Part shown: positions 12,900-25,720 of the stretch, in pieces
Layout: every line of letters starts with the position of its first letter
Position numbering within the stretch: position 1 is the first letter of the stretch
Made by a program: the position numbers and the translations under genes
Notes under the pieces: generated by a model
Seen by the model: the letters and a program-made list of their open reading frames with translations, nothing else
Told to the model about the DNA's origin: nothing
Database searches by the model: none
Origin: Octopus sinensis
Lineage: Eukaryota
Assembly: GCF_006345805.1 (NCBI RefSeq)
Contig: NC_043002.1
Location: forward strand, 18,290,001 to 18,354,000
DNA length: 64,000 nt
Reading direction: 5' to 3'

Positions 12900-13003
12900 A
12901 CTACTACTACTACTACTACTACTGCTACTACTACTACTACTACTACTACAGCAGCAACAGAGACAGAAATATTACTGTAGTAACAGTAACAACAGCAACA
13001 ACA
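12770..13003. repeat. (ACT)n/(AGC/AAC)-rich trinucleotide region
   Basis: Direct inspection. Confidence 0.9.
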
Positions 13004-13497
13004 GTGGAGGCGCAGTGGCTCAGTGTTTAGGGCAGCGGACTCGATGTCGTAAGAAAGCGGTTTCGATTCCCAGACCGGGCATTGTGAGTGCTATTGAGCA
13101 AAAACACCTAAGCTCCACGAAGCTTCGGCGTGGGGTGGGTGGTGAACCCCGCTGTAATCTTTCACCACAACTTTCTCTCACTCTTTCTTCCTACTTCTGC
13201 CACAAAGCAGAGGAACCATGATGTAACCCACTATCAGACCCTTGTCTAGATTGCGAATCCTCTGTACCCGTGGATGTTTCAGCTCTCCACACGTTAAAAG
13301 CCACCGTTTACGGAATGAGAATAACAACGTCGCTTTTGCGCCCGTGCAACCGCCAGACTATCGGGTCTGGTGGGTGGATCTTCAAAAGTTGCCACACGCA
13401 TTCTTAGTAGCTTAGAGTAGGCTCGAATTAGAGATTATTCTTTGCGGCTAATGGCATGAGTCCTGATTGGAAGAAGAAGAAGAAGAAGAAGAAGAAG
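13004..13497 (+). mobile_element. SINE family D (tail type A) ending in (GAA)n, probable TSD acagcaacaaca
   Basis: Head gtggaggcgcagtggctcagtg...gtttcgattccc and shared core, then a unique tail and (GAA)n. acagcaacaaca occurs on both sides, but in low-complexity context. Confidence 0.8.
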
Positions 13498-13716
13498 ACA
13501 GCAACAACAACAACAACAGAGACAACAATATAGTAGCATAAACAGTAGCAGCAGCAGCGGCGGTGGTGGTACTGGTGGTGGTGGTACTGGTGGTGGTGGT
13601 ACTGGTGGTGGTGGTACCATTAGAAGAAGAAGAAGAAGAAGAAGAAGAAGAATTTACAAACGGAGCTACAACAAACAATAATTGTTTCAAACTCGGCCTC
13701 AACGCCAGCAATTTTC

Positions 13717-13885
13717 ATAAGAAAAGGACCTTAGTCGGTTTCATCGAACCAGTACTTGACTGGCACTTTATTTTCTCGACACTGGAACGATTAAAGACAA
13801 AGTTGACTCCAGCGGAATTTGAACTCAGAACATTAAAAGCCGGAAGAAATTCCTCTGATTATTTTGTCCGACGCTCTAACGAATC
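13717..13885 (-). mobile_element. SINE family B, divergent copy
   Basis: gttgactccagcggaatttgaactcagaac matches the reverse complement of the family B box-B region. Confidence 0.7.
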
Positions 13886-14371
13886 TTCTAACAGAAATAA
13901 TTATTAAAATTTAATAATGGCATTAGTAGCCGATATTAACGAGAACTAATCGTTATCTCTGGGTAAATCCACGTTTTAATAATGTTATTGTTTTGATTCG
14001 TAAAATTGGTAAAACTTCATAATTTTGCTTCATGACTTCGATCTCATGCTCCAGATAAGATTGTTGTAAAACATAACGCTCGAACCTTTTCTATTATGTT
14101 AACGATATCGATTAAATCTTCGTTATCGTTCCATGGTTGAGGTGAGTTTGTTTCTCTTTTGTGAACGCGACACACAAACTAGATTCATTACATAAATCAC
14201 TTAATTATGACACAGTTTTTTGTTCCACAGTTAAGTAACACTCGAACGCACGAACGTCGTGACAAACAGTATACTATTATGGATGACAACTAAACATTAA
14301 AAACTGCAACATCAACAATATCAACGACGAGGAGAACAAGAACGATAAGAACGAGTCAAGGCACAATATTT

Positions 14372-14765
14372 TATACTCTTTACTCTTTTACTTGTTTCAG
14401 TCATTTGACTGCAGCCTTGCTGGAGCACCGCCTTTAGTCGAGAAAATTGACCCCAGGACTTATTCTTTGTAAGCCTAGTACTTAATCTATCGGTTTCTCT
14501 TTTGCCGAACCGCTATGTGACGGGGACGTAAACACACCAGCATCAGTTGTCAAGCGATGTTGGAGGGACGAACACAGACACACAAACGTATACACACACA
14601 TACACATATATATTCAGTTTCCGTCTACCAAATCCACTCACAAGGCTTTAGTCGGCCCGAGGTTATAGTAGAAGACACTTGCCAAAGGAGCCACGCAATG
14701 GGACTGAACTCGGAACCATGTGGTTGGTAAGCAAGCTACTTACCACACAGCCACTCCTGCGCCTA
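14372..14765 (-). mobile_element. SINE family A, full length
   Basis: Reverse complement of ggcgcaggagtggctgtgtggtaagtagcttg...gaaacaagtaaaagagtaaagag, with internal (TG/TA)n. Confidence 0.93.
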
Positions 14766-15339
14766 TACGGTTGCATAATCTGAGAAGACAGCAGTGAAAT
14801 CGTTCCCAAATCATTCTCAACTATCTTCAAAAAGGTGATTGTATAGTGCTGTACTAGATGTGCAAAACCCGAGTCGAAAATGAGACTGTTGCGGCTGGAC
14901 CGGTTTGTTCATAGGTCTGCTCAAATAGCAATGACCTACGGTTAAAAAGAAGAAGGTTCTTTTTCTCCGTTTTTTTTTTCTCTTTCGTTACAAACGTTTT
15001 AACTGTTATATGTTGCTCACAGAACCACCGCTATCAGTTCTTTGCGACACTATGGATATTCTTACCGTTCCTTGCTTTGCACTAGCTCTATAAGCTCTTT
15101 TTATTTTCAGAACTCGTAATTTTTATAGCAATGTCGTACGGGGATTAATTTTTCTCCAGTTTTTCTTTTCGCCCAATTATCTGTCATTTTTCTTCCGCCT
15201 CTTTCTTATATTTTTTCATCTTTTACCTATTTCTTTCGCATTTCTGTTTATACGCTTTACACACCTCTATCACATGTTTCGTGTCCCTCTACATGTCTTA
15301 CTAAATTTATTCTCCCACAAACCAAACATAATAGGACCA

Positions 15340-15531
15340 GTGTTGCAACCATCACACGCTACACACCTTCCTTCCAAGCACTGCTGTGAACAGCGGCAGT
15401 GAGACACAACATTAAGACTTAGTGCATATGCAGAGAAAAGGTCGAGTCAATCATTGCCAAGCGGCTTTACTATGCGTACTTTAGCTTCGTAACTATAAAC
15501 AACAGTACGGATACTTACTGATCAGCTATCG
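15340..15531 (-). mobile_element. Mariner 5' end fragment, same family as 637-1536
   Basis: cacacgctacacaccttccttccaagcactgctgtgaacagc...cagtacggatacttactgatcag...cg|TA aligns with 1350-1536. Confidence 0.8.
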
Positions 15532-15554
15532 TATATATGTAGTATATACATATA

Positions 15555-15566
15555 TTAAACACACAC

Positions 15567-15601
<35 letters not shown>

Positions 15602-15640
15602 AAGACACACACACACACACACATATATATATTAAGAGAG

Positions 15641-15671
<31 letters not shown>

Positions 15672-15904
15672 AAAGGAGAGTGAATGAGAAGGGGGGAATT
15701 TGGGGATGTGATTTTCTATTTTTTAAAAATTATGTATGTATTTGCAGCCAATGAGTAACCAAACACTCTTACAAATACACTTACACGTGTGCGTATGTGT
15801 GCGTGTGTGTGTGCTTGTCTGTGTACATGTGTTTATGTTTCTGTGTGTGTAAAAGTAGATATATATATATAGTGAGACAGATAGATAGATAGAGAGAGAG
15901 AGAG

Positions 15905-15993
<89 letters not shown>

Positions 15994-16103
15994 TTTAGAG
16001 GCATATATTTCTTATTCGTAATAATAATAATTCGACATTATGTCATATCAATTTTATGCATGCACGTTTTCATACATTATATATGTATATAAGCAGAAGT
16101 GCA

Positions 16104-16157
<54 letters not shown>

Positions 16158-16616
16158 TATATATTAATATATATATATATATACATTATTCTATATAGAT
16201 ACATGTACATATATATATATGTTATATACATATATAAATACATTATTATATACATAAATGTACATTAGTATATATGTATGTATATATATATATATATATA
16301 TATATACATTATTATATACATCCATGTACATATGTATATATGCATGTATATATATGCATATATATTGCATGTATATGTATATATGCATTATTATATACAT
16401 ACATGTACATATATATATATGTATGTTGTATATATACATTTTTATTATTATTTGTACATGTATGTATGTATGTTGATGAGTCTGTATGTGCACCGTTATT
16501 TTTGTAGAAAATATACCTGTAGTTCAAGACAATCATGTCATTTATGCATGTGCATGTGACTAAGTGTTTTGCTATTTGCATCTACACGCGCAACTGTATG
16601 CGTGTGCATCTATGCG

Positions 16617-16649
<33 letters not shown>

Positions 16650-16652
16650 TAT

Positions 16653-16706
<54 letters not shown>

Positions 16707-16732
16707 TACATACATACATATATATATGTATA

Positions 16733-16777
<45 letters not shown>

Positions 16778-17205
16778 TTATGTATGTATATATATATATA
16801 TATCTTTGAACATCAGTGTCTGTGCGTTTTTACTTGTGTTGAGCTGATATCAATGTATATCTATATAAATATCAGTAATTCACCGTTTCCGAAATATCTA
16901 CTTATCACAAAAGAGTTCCACAGAAAATATTTCCTCTATATTTATTGTTCCCGTTTGAAACGGTTCTATTGATTTATTTTTGCTACATCTTGTTGCAACA
17001 TTTTGCTGCTTATTTTATTTATTCAGTATTTACACGTGCGTGTGTGTATGTCTGTATATATACACATGTATATATATATATGTTCGTGCGTGTATACATA
17101 CATATATAAACACACATATTTGAATATATATCGGTATATATATTTATATATATTTATTTATTTATATATGTATATATATGTATATATATATATACACTTA
17201 TTCTG
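15555..17205. repeat. Dense microsatellite/low-complexity field ((TA)n, (GATA)n, (TATG)n)
   Basis: Direct inspection; explains the YIYI/LSIY ORFs here. Confidence 0.9.
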
Positions 17206-17629
17206 AAGGGAGACAGTATGTAATATAAATTACATATACACATGTGTGTATTTATGTGTGTGATGTATATTTTTGTCTTTTTTTGTGCGTGTATGTATTT
17301 ATTTTATGTATCTCTGTGTGAATCTGTAGGTGTATGTCTGCGCATGTATAGCAGTAATATTAGCGATAGCTACTGTTCCTTTATTTGAAGTTTCGTGCCT
17401 AAGAGATGGTCCTTATATATGTTTTCTTCTACTACACTTATTAACCGCGATTTACTTTGTTCCTATCACATCTCCGAAGCATTGTACTTCTCGCATACAC
17501 CCCTATACAAATATAAATCTGCACACGCGCACAGAAATACATATAAACGTTCTTAAATATATGCGTACATATATGTATACGTAAATGAGTTTGGTGGAAC
17601 GAACTCGAGAAACAAAACGAAATACGTAC

Positions 17630-17925
17630 GAAACCAAAGTATTTTAAAATCTGTTGTTGTAGAGTTACATAAGTCACTGAAGTGGCGAAAATTTCGTACA
17701 TTGCACTTATCGAATTAACTTTAAAATCAGGCGTTTTATTCTTTAAATAAAGAGGAATTGTAATTCCTCCGAATTTTCGATCTAACATTATTATTAGAGA
17801 GTCACCAGAAGTTAATAATTTTCGAAATCTACCCATTAAGTACAGAGAGATGTAAGTCAAACAAAGAACAACATATTGAAGTGAAACAATATAAACACTT
17901 ACATAAGGACAAAAGCCCACGTAGA
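17630..17925 (-). CDS. Possible two exons (17903-17925 and 17630-17828) of an unidentified gene
   Basis: ttttctag|23 nt|gtaagt, a 74-nt intron, then 199 nt open to |gtacgt. Phases are compatible: STWAFVLIFRKLLTSGDSLIIMLDRKFGG...ILKYFGF. No family recognised; could be chance. Confidence 0.18.
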
Positions 17926-19199
17926 CTAGAAAAATACAAATTCATAGACACATACATACATACGTGTGTGTGTATATGCACGCACACAGATGCTCATAAA
18001 ATTATATACATACTATATACATAAAAATCCATTCGCATATACATGCGTACATAAATATCGTATATGTGCATGTACATGTACACATATAGATATATATTAA
18101 TATATGCATACTTACAATCATGTATGCATTTATGTAAAAGCATCCATACACACACACATGCATACATACACTCAAATGAATCATTGTGGAAATGATAGAA
18201 ATATTAATAACAGAATGTCTGTCGAAAAGCTGCGTTGCTATATCTGACAATGAGATTTTAGGCAGAAGCCGCTTCATCGAGAGAATCGCGTACATCCACC
18301 CATACTCAGAACCCATTACGGTAACAAAAGTGGTTGGAAAGTTATTTGGTATAACCAACCTTTCAGTTTGAATGTGAAATCTAGCAATGCTCGATTCTTT
18401 TTAAACAAAGCTAATAAGCATGGCCCTCGTAGTCATAACTTCTATAAAATTATAATAGGTTACAGCTCTACGGATCATTATATCTCTTCATTAGCTAAGT
18501 CTAATTACTTTTTCTTCGTATTTTCAATCAAGAATTGTGTTTTAAGATTCGTGATAATCAGTAAGTTTTAAAATCTGCGCTTGTAGTTAGAGGCGGATAA
18601 GAAAAGAAAAAGTGAAAGATATATATTGCACTTCGCATTGTTTTGACCTTACCTACGATCTCTTATACAATATATTCTACACAATGCTTCATAGTATTTA
18701 TTCCGTTATATATGTGCGTATATATTTATATATATATGTGTGTGTGTGCGTGTGTATGTATGTATATGTATGTTTATGCTCTTACCTGAGCCTAATATGT
18801 ATGTGTCTATGTATGTTTATGTACAGAGAGAGATAGAGAGACACGATGGAGAGACAAATAGACAGAGAAACAGACTGACAGGCAAAGAGATAGAGGGAAA
18901 ACAGATAGGTGTTCATGTTTGTGTTGTGTGTGTGTGTGTATGTGTGTGTGTGTGCGTGCGTGCGAGCGCGCGTGCGTGTGTATTAATGAAGGATGCTATT
19001 CGATACGAATACGCCTATATAGACGCAGCGAAAGCATATGTGAATACGTTATGTGTAAACAGTTGTGTGTATAAAAAATTTTATCTAGTGTCAATATCTA
19101 CATATATATACACACATATTTTTGCACGTAGCTAAGTGTACCCGGTTATATATTTTTATCTATGTCGAACACTCTTGTGGGGATGCAGAGACTGAAAAT

Positions 19200-21740
19200 G
19201 TTAAATCGTAGCAAAATACTTAGAGCAGGCTTTTCAGACAAAGCTCCGCTTTTTTACTGCGTGCATGTGGTTAGACGTATGATGAAGGTATTATTCAGTA
19301 CAATCAGATATCATGCAGCCTTCTTAAACGCTGAATGGCACAGATTTTGTTTATCTTTTTACTGAAAGATCGCGTTAATGATAGTAAGGTCTGTCGACAT
19401 GTATCAGGGTTTCTTGTGTACTTGTAATCCCCCCATTTTCGTGATACGAAGCATGAACTGAACATCACAGCGAGAGATTTACCACAACCATCTTTTAGAA
19501 AGTATAATAAAGGAATTCTAAATTTGTTCTAATAAGCTCCCTGCATATTATCAGGGAATTTGCCGATTTTACTGGAGTCCTCATGAAACTATTCATCTTG
19601 TTTGTTTGTTTTGTTTTTGTTTATTTTGTTTTGTCTTTTTTGTTTTGTTTTGTATTGTTTGTTTTTGTCACCTTGAGTATGAGGTTTCGACAGTAGCAGA
19701 ATAGATTATAGGAAGTAATGAGGTCGATTTATCATTCATGACAGTTCCTCTTATGTTTCTATTTTGACTGAAAGATCGTGTTAGTGATAGTAAGGTCGTT
19801 CTCCGCACTCAGGGAAATAACGCTGATGCCATTATCTTATTTTTTTTACTAGTACCATTCTTCCTAATCACACATTTTAAGGATATTTTGTATATTTCTA
19901 ACTAGTCCTGCATTAAAAGCACCCACAAAAATGCCTTTTGGTACGTTAGTATTTGGCACTTTATTTATTGTTTGATAGAAGCAGTTTTTATCCTAACTTT
20001 AAAACAGCGCAATTGGTGCATTATCTGGGATCCGTACTGCTAAACTAGTGGACACTTACTAGTGTCAGTCTGTCAATTTAAGCAAAAATTGGTACTCACG
20101 CGGAAACAGATATCATACAGATTTGTTAAACGCTGAATGGCACTGAATAGCTCAGCAATATCTCCCACTGTGTAGAACTGAAGGCGATGATGCACGTCTT
20201 AATGCGAGCATCCAAAGATTCCGCAGACGTTTTTTGTATATAATGCTAAAAGCCTTAAACAGATATACATCGACAATATAAAGGTTTTAATGTTGTTCTT
20301 TCTACTGCCTTGTAACAAATTTTTGATGGACTGTGTTTTGATCCCTGTGAAAGCCGCGTTGTGATTCTAATGAGATGTCATCTGATATGGAGCGTAGGAC
20401 CCTTTTGAGCGTGACCTTCTCGGGAATCAGCAAGTATACAACTGTTGGCGCAAAAGACTTTTCTTTGCATTTAAACTTAGCGACAACGTAATCATCTCTT
20501 CGATGTTGCGGTATGTGTTCGTGGTCCCTAACTTCTGCGATATAGCGACGAAGTTTTGTGACAACCACACTTCAAGATTTTTAATAAAATTTTTTTTCGC
20601 CCCAGTTGCTTTGGGTGACAGTGACTAGTTTTTGTCAAATGTTTCGTCTAGGGAGTAGATTTTGGTTGGTTTATAATCTCGCTGGAATGCCCCACCCCCA
20701 TCTCACCCGGACCATGCCTTAATCTGTTTGATCTTTCAGTAGAAATCTGCAGTTTAATAACTTAGCTGGTACAAAGGAACAATTCTCGTGAACATAGAGT
20801 TTTTAAGAATTGTACATGTCTGTCGAGAAGCATCAGGGTTTCTTGTGTATTTGTGAAAATCCCCCCATTTTCGTGATACGAACCGTGGACTGAACATCAC
20901 AACGAGAGATTTACCACAACCATCTTTTAGAAAGTAAAATAAAAAAAAATTAGATTTGTTCTAGTGAGTTCCCTGCATATTATCAGGGAATTTGCCGATT
21001 TTACTGGAGTCCTCATGAAACTATTCATCTTGTTCTTTTTTCTTTTCTTTTCTTTTTCTTGTCACCTTGAGTATACGGTTTCGACAGTAGCAGAATAGAT
21101 TATAGGACGTAATGAGGTCGATTTATCATACATGACAGTTCCTCTTATGTTTCTTTTTTTGACTGAAATATCGTGTTAGTGATTAGTAAGGTCGTTCTCC
21201 GCGCTCAGGGAAATAACGCTGATGCCATTATCTTATTTTTTTCTAGTACCATTCTTCCTAATCACACATTTTAAGGATATTTTGTATATTTCTAACTAGT
21301 CCCGCATTAAAAACACCCACAAAAATGCCTTTTGGTACGTTAGTATTTGGCATTTTATTTATAATGTATTGAAGCAGTTTTAGTCCTGACTTTTAAATAG
21401 CAGTATTGGTGCATTATCTGGGATCCGTACTGTTAACCTTACTAATGTCAGTCTGTCAATTTAAGCAGGAATTGGTACTCACAGGGAAACAGATATCTTC
21501 TTGTTGATGAACACGCTCGGAGTAGCTCTTCTAGAAGTAAGTTTAGCCATCATCAACTTCGTTAAAAGAACCTTCTTCAATCAGACAGGTTCTCTTGAAT
21601 ACAACAGTATCTATCTACATTCTAACAATTATCTAGTGACTTACGACACTGTCCATGACAGGTGTTCGACATGTTGTTGTCTTATCGAGTTGCCAACATC
21701 AATGTACATGTATTTTGCCTGGCAAGCTTGAGTATTGTCA
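19200..21740 (-). mobile_element. Heavily decayed RTE-clade LINE (APE endonuclease plus start of RT) with internal duplications
   Basis: Interrupted peptides NVDRYCCIQE, RTCLIEEGSFNEVDDG*TYF, KGIFVGVFNAGLVR (GDFNA motif), AENDLTITNTIFQSK*KHK, and ISLESQRGFHRDQNTVHQKFVTRQ*KEQH (ESQCGFR...RQLQEK...EQ of RTE RT). Confidence 0.8.
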
Positions 21741-21843
21741 TGTTCCTTATTTCTATGACCATTGTGTGGAATATCCTGACATGCGCGGTTCCTTGCCAAG
21801 GAACTAAACTGAGTAAATGGTTTTAGGACACTTTCTTCTATAT

Positions 21844-21999
21844 CAATTGCAGCGTGGAAGATGTTTGTAAGCCATTTAAGAAACACACAAAAGCCGTTCG
21901 ATTCACTTCAACATTTAAGTTTAATTTATATTGAAGTGAATTTAACGGGTTTTTGTGTGTTTCTTAAATGGCTTACAAACACCTTCCACGCTGCAATTG
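21844..21999. repeat. 156-bp inverted repeat (68-bp arms, 19-nt loop)
   Basis: caattgcagcgtggaagatgtttgtaagccatttaagaaacacacaaaa... is the near-perfect reverse complement of ...ttttgtgtgtttcttaaatggcttacaaacaccttccacgctgcaattg. Confidence 0.95.
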
Positions 22000-22439
22000 T
22001 TTTCGTTTCAGCACACGATCTCAGATTAAATCACTTGCTATGCAAGTACATCTCTGTAATTCTTCTATATCTTAATCTACCACAGTCGAAAACGATTTTC
22101 GGAGGGTGTCATCTCATTCAATCCTTGCTACTAACCACTGTTATTCCCTATTACTGAAGCGTAGAGTTCTGATTAAAGCATTCAGCACATTTAAACTTCC
22201 TCACGTTGTCAGATTTTACACCGCTAATATATTTTCTTGCGGAACACACGTTGCTGAAGATATCTACATAATGAAGTTTTAAACTTGAATAATCTGTAAG
22301 CATTCATTTCTTGGTATTACAATGTTCGTTATGAAGATAATGATATCGCTTGGTGATCTGCTGCCATGTTAACCAGGAGCTTCAAAATAACCAGTTACTG
22401 TGAGTGGCCGCAGAGGGAGAGGTTGTGTATTGACAGGGA

Positions 22440-22668
22440 AAATACTCACACAGTATACCTATTTCTTTACTACCCACAAGGGGCTAAACACAGAGAGGAC
22501 AAACAAGGACAGACAAAGGGTTTAAGTCAATTACATCGACCCCAGCGTGTAACTAGTACTTCTTTAATCGATCCCGAAAGGATGAAAGGCAAAGTCGACC
22601 TCGGCGGAATTTGAAATACCGCTAAGCATTTCGCCCAGCCCGCTAACTTTTCTGCCAGCTCGCCACCT
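22440..22668 (-). mobile_element. SINE family B, full length (tail 1)
   Basis: Reverse complement of ggcgagctggcagaaaagttagc...ttcaaattccgccgaggtcgactttgcctttcatcctttcggg...gccccttgtgggtagtaaagaaatag. Confidence 0.9.
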
Positions 22669-22776
22669 TATACTCACGCAGTATACCCTTTACTGCTTTA
22701 CTATACAGGTTATCCAATTGCAGATAGGTTAAAAGCGTTGGTCTCCAGACGCATACTTCACCCATATGTACACACA

Positions 22777-22856
<80 letters not shown>

Positions 22857-23300
22857 ATATATATATATATATAATATATATATATATATACATACATACA
22901 AATACATATGCAGATGTAGATGTATAAGTATAATTTTTTCTATCAATGTGTGCGCGCGCGTGTCTGTGAATGTGTGGAGAGAAAGCTAGAAATTTCTGTC
23001 TAAATAGTTCGTTGAATTTACTTAAGAAAAAGTTATTTTTAAAGCCTGTATTGTTGAAATATTAAAACCGTCACGTACATTTTGTTAGTGAAAAACCAAT
23101 GCTTTTTGTTGGTGCGTTGTTTGTTGTTGTGTTGTTTCGCAAGCTGTTGTGTGCTGGTCTATTGGAGAAACGGAAAGATAAGTGGAGAATGTTAAGGAAT
23201 TTTTACTGTATTCTGTTGGTTATTATTTCGATTTATTTTCTGTTTAGATGCAATATCGTGCAATTAAGAAAAAGACAGACAGGCACACAAACAGAGTAAT

Positions 23301-23431
<131 letters not shown>

Positions 23432-23438
23432 CAGAGAC

Positions 23439-23621
23439 GCCATGATAGATTGTTAGCCACTACACACATTATTTTCTCTCCTTGTTTTTTTTGGTGTACA
23501 TTTTTGTAGAAGAGCGTAGGCTCGAAACGTAAAAGACTTTCTATTCCTGGCGTTATATTAATATATATGTTTGTTTTGTACACCACCCGTCTTCGTCTTT
23601 GTTTTTTTCGTAAACTCTCCC
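23439..23621 (+). mobile_element. ~180-bp element in (GATA)n carrying a hammerhead-like motif (pLTR-like)
   Basis: Flanked by (GATA)n on both sides; contains gtaga-a-GAGC-gtag-GCTC-GAAAC-GTA-aaaga. Second copy at 57023-57203 (minus). Confidence 0.65.
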
Positions 23622-23709
<88 letters not shown>

Positions 23710-23710
<1 letters not shown>

Positions 23711-24100
23711 GCGCAGGAGTGGCTGTGTGGTAAGTAGCTTGCTAACCAACCACATGGTTCCGGGTTCAGTCCCACTGCGTGGCATCTTGGGCAAGTGTCT
23801 TCTGCTATAGCCCCGGGCCGACCAATGCCTTGTGAGTGGATTTGGTAGACGGAAACTGAAAGAAGCCTGTCGTATATATGTATATATATATGTGTGTGTT
23901 TGTGTGTCTGTGTTTGTCCCCCTAGCATTGCTTGACAACCGATGCTGGTGTGTTTACGTTCCCGTCATTTAGCGGTTCGGCAAAAAGAGACCGATAGAAT
24001 AAGTACTGGGCTTACAAAGAATAAGTCCCGGGGTCGATTTGATCGACTAAAGGCGGTGCTCCAGCATGGCCGCAGTCAAATGACTGAAACAAGTAAAAGA
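23710..24100 (+). mobile_element. SINE family A, full length (tRNA head, CORE-like centre, internal microsatellite)
   Basis: ggcgcaggagtggctgtgtggtaag (A box), ggttcagtccc (B box), cttgggcaagtg (CORE-like, from memory), tail ending gaaacaagtaaaagag. Confidence 0.93.
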
Positions 24101-24125
24101 GAGATAGATAGATAGATAGATAGAC

Positions 24126-24200
<75 letters not shown>

Positions 24201-24583
24201 GAGACAGACAGACAGACAGGTGTAATTCCCTGTTGACTTTATTAATATAACAGTTTTCGCGCCTATTCTTGTAAGTTATTTTACATCTAATTAGTGATTT
24301 TTCCATCGTCTAACTAAGGCAGTACAGTGACGTCAATGTTTCAATGAGGGAGTCTAATAAAGCCGGGACATGTCCGAAATTGTCTCCTGTTCTTCAAAAC
24401 TTTATGAAAATAATATTAGTATTGATAATTCAGCTAAGGTATTTTTTTAATTAACTTTTTATACTTTCTATATTAAAAAATGTGACAGTAACCTAAATAT
24501 TCTTTTCCATGTGGACGGCATCAATGAGTAATTTCCCTATGACATCCATTCTCTAAGATTAATAAATTATGTATGGCTGCACG

Positions 24584-24964
24584 GTGGAGGCGCAATGGCC
24601 CAGTGGTTAGGGCAGCGGACTCGCGGTCATAGGATCGCGGTGTCGATTCCCAGACCGGGCATTGTGAGTGTTTATTGAGCGAAAACACCTAAAAGCTCCA
24701 CGAGGCTCCGGCAGGGGGGGTGATCCCTGCTGTACTCTTTCACCACAACTTTCTCTCACTCTTACTTCCTGTTTCTGTTGTACCTGTATTTCAAAGGGCC
24801 GGCCTTGTCACTCTCTGTGTCACGCTGAATATCCCCGAGAACTACGTTAAGGGTACACGTGTCTGTGGAGTGCTCATCCACTTACACGTTAATTTCACGA
24901 GCAGGCTGTTCCGTTGATTCGGATCAACCGGAACCCTCGTCGTCGTAACCGACGGAATGCTTCC
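24584..24964 (+). mobile_element. SINE family D, full length (tail type B) with 12-bp TSD
   Basis: Flanked by tatggctgcacg at 24572-24583 and 24965-24976. Confidence 0.93.
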
Positions 24965-25257
24965 TATGGCTGCACGAATCAATTATAGTATGCAGAAAGG
25001 GCCACAAAAATAGAATACGCAGATAAGAACCGTGTATAATGCTAAATAATGGCTTGAACTGAAACTGGTACAAACTAATAAAGAACTGACAAAAGTGAAT
25101 GAAATGCTATAAAATTATGAAATATATCACAATTATACTGAAAATATTTTTATGCAAAAGATTAGGGAGAGTTCGGAATAACACTGTATGATATCAATAT
25201 TAGAACTATCAATTAGCTGAAATGAAGGGACACTAAAAGAGAGGTATTAGGTAGAAA

Positions 25258-25720
25258 TGTAATAAACATATTTTACGTTCCGTTCCCGGCTAACGGCTGC
25301 CTGAACTAGCACCAGGAATTACAACCGTGTTTCGCGGTCTGCTACCACAACAGCTCCTTTATAGGATCCAGTTAGCTCAAGATATCATCAGGAGGAACCA
25401 CGTCCGGTTTCGGCCCCTACTCCTCTACCGTTTTGACGTGGCGGGCCCCACCCTTTCGGAGGTGTCTTCAGCTCTGGTGTTGGGTGCATGTCTTCTTTCT
25501 TCTTCTTTCTTCTGTTCCCTAGCCTCTTCGATGTATTGTCAGCAAGTGTCAGCCGGTGACTGACTGACTTGTCAAATTTTTCCCTTTAAATACTTGCCGC
25601 TCGGCTCCAGCAGGCAGCCCCAGCAAGTTGTCACGTGACACTGTCTCACCTTAACTGACTAGTGAAAGCGCGTAGTGTTAGCCCGCGCATTCTCTAACCG
25701 ACCGTCACCTGCAGTGATCT
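25258..25720 (-). promoter_or_regulatory. GC-richer island with TATA-like box and TCAGTC initiator (promoter or solo LTR)
   Basis: Minus strand TATTTAAAG (25584-25592), TCAGTC about 25 nt downstream, palindrome TGTCACGTGACA (25629-25640). No TSD found. Confidence 0.3.

Noticed and set aside
14055-14141. Plus-strand segment ending GAG|GTGAGT
   Set aside because: Stops in all frames; only an ATG-GTT-GAG start-exon reading survives, too weak to call.
18186-18371. ORF CLSKSCVAISDNEILGRSRFIERIAY (vague neprilysin or RTE likeness)
   Set aside because: No diagnostic motif holds up and it does not phase with neighbouring candidates.
20101-21530. Apparent minus-strand exons ending DICF(R/P)|GTGAGT
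   Set aside because: Better explained as parts of the decayed RTE endonuclease region that was duplicated.
25370-25500. CTGATGA, CTGAAGA and GAAAC motifs in the GC-rich island
   Set aside because: No arrangement gives closed stems I and II, so it is not a hammerhead.
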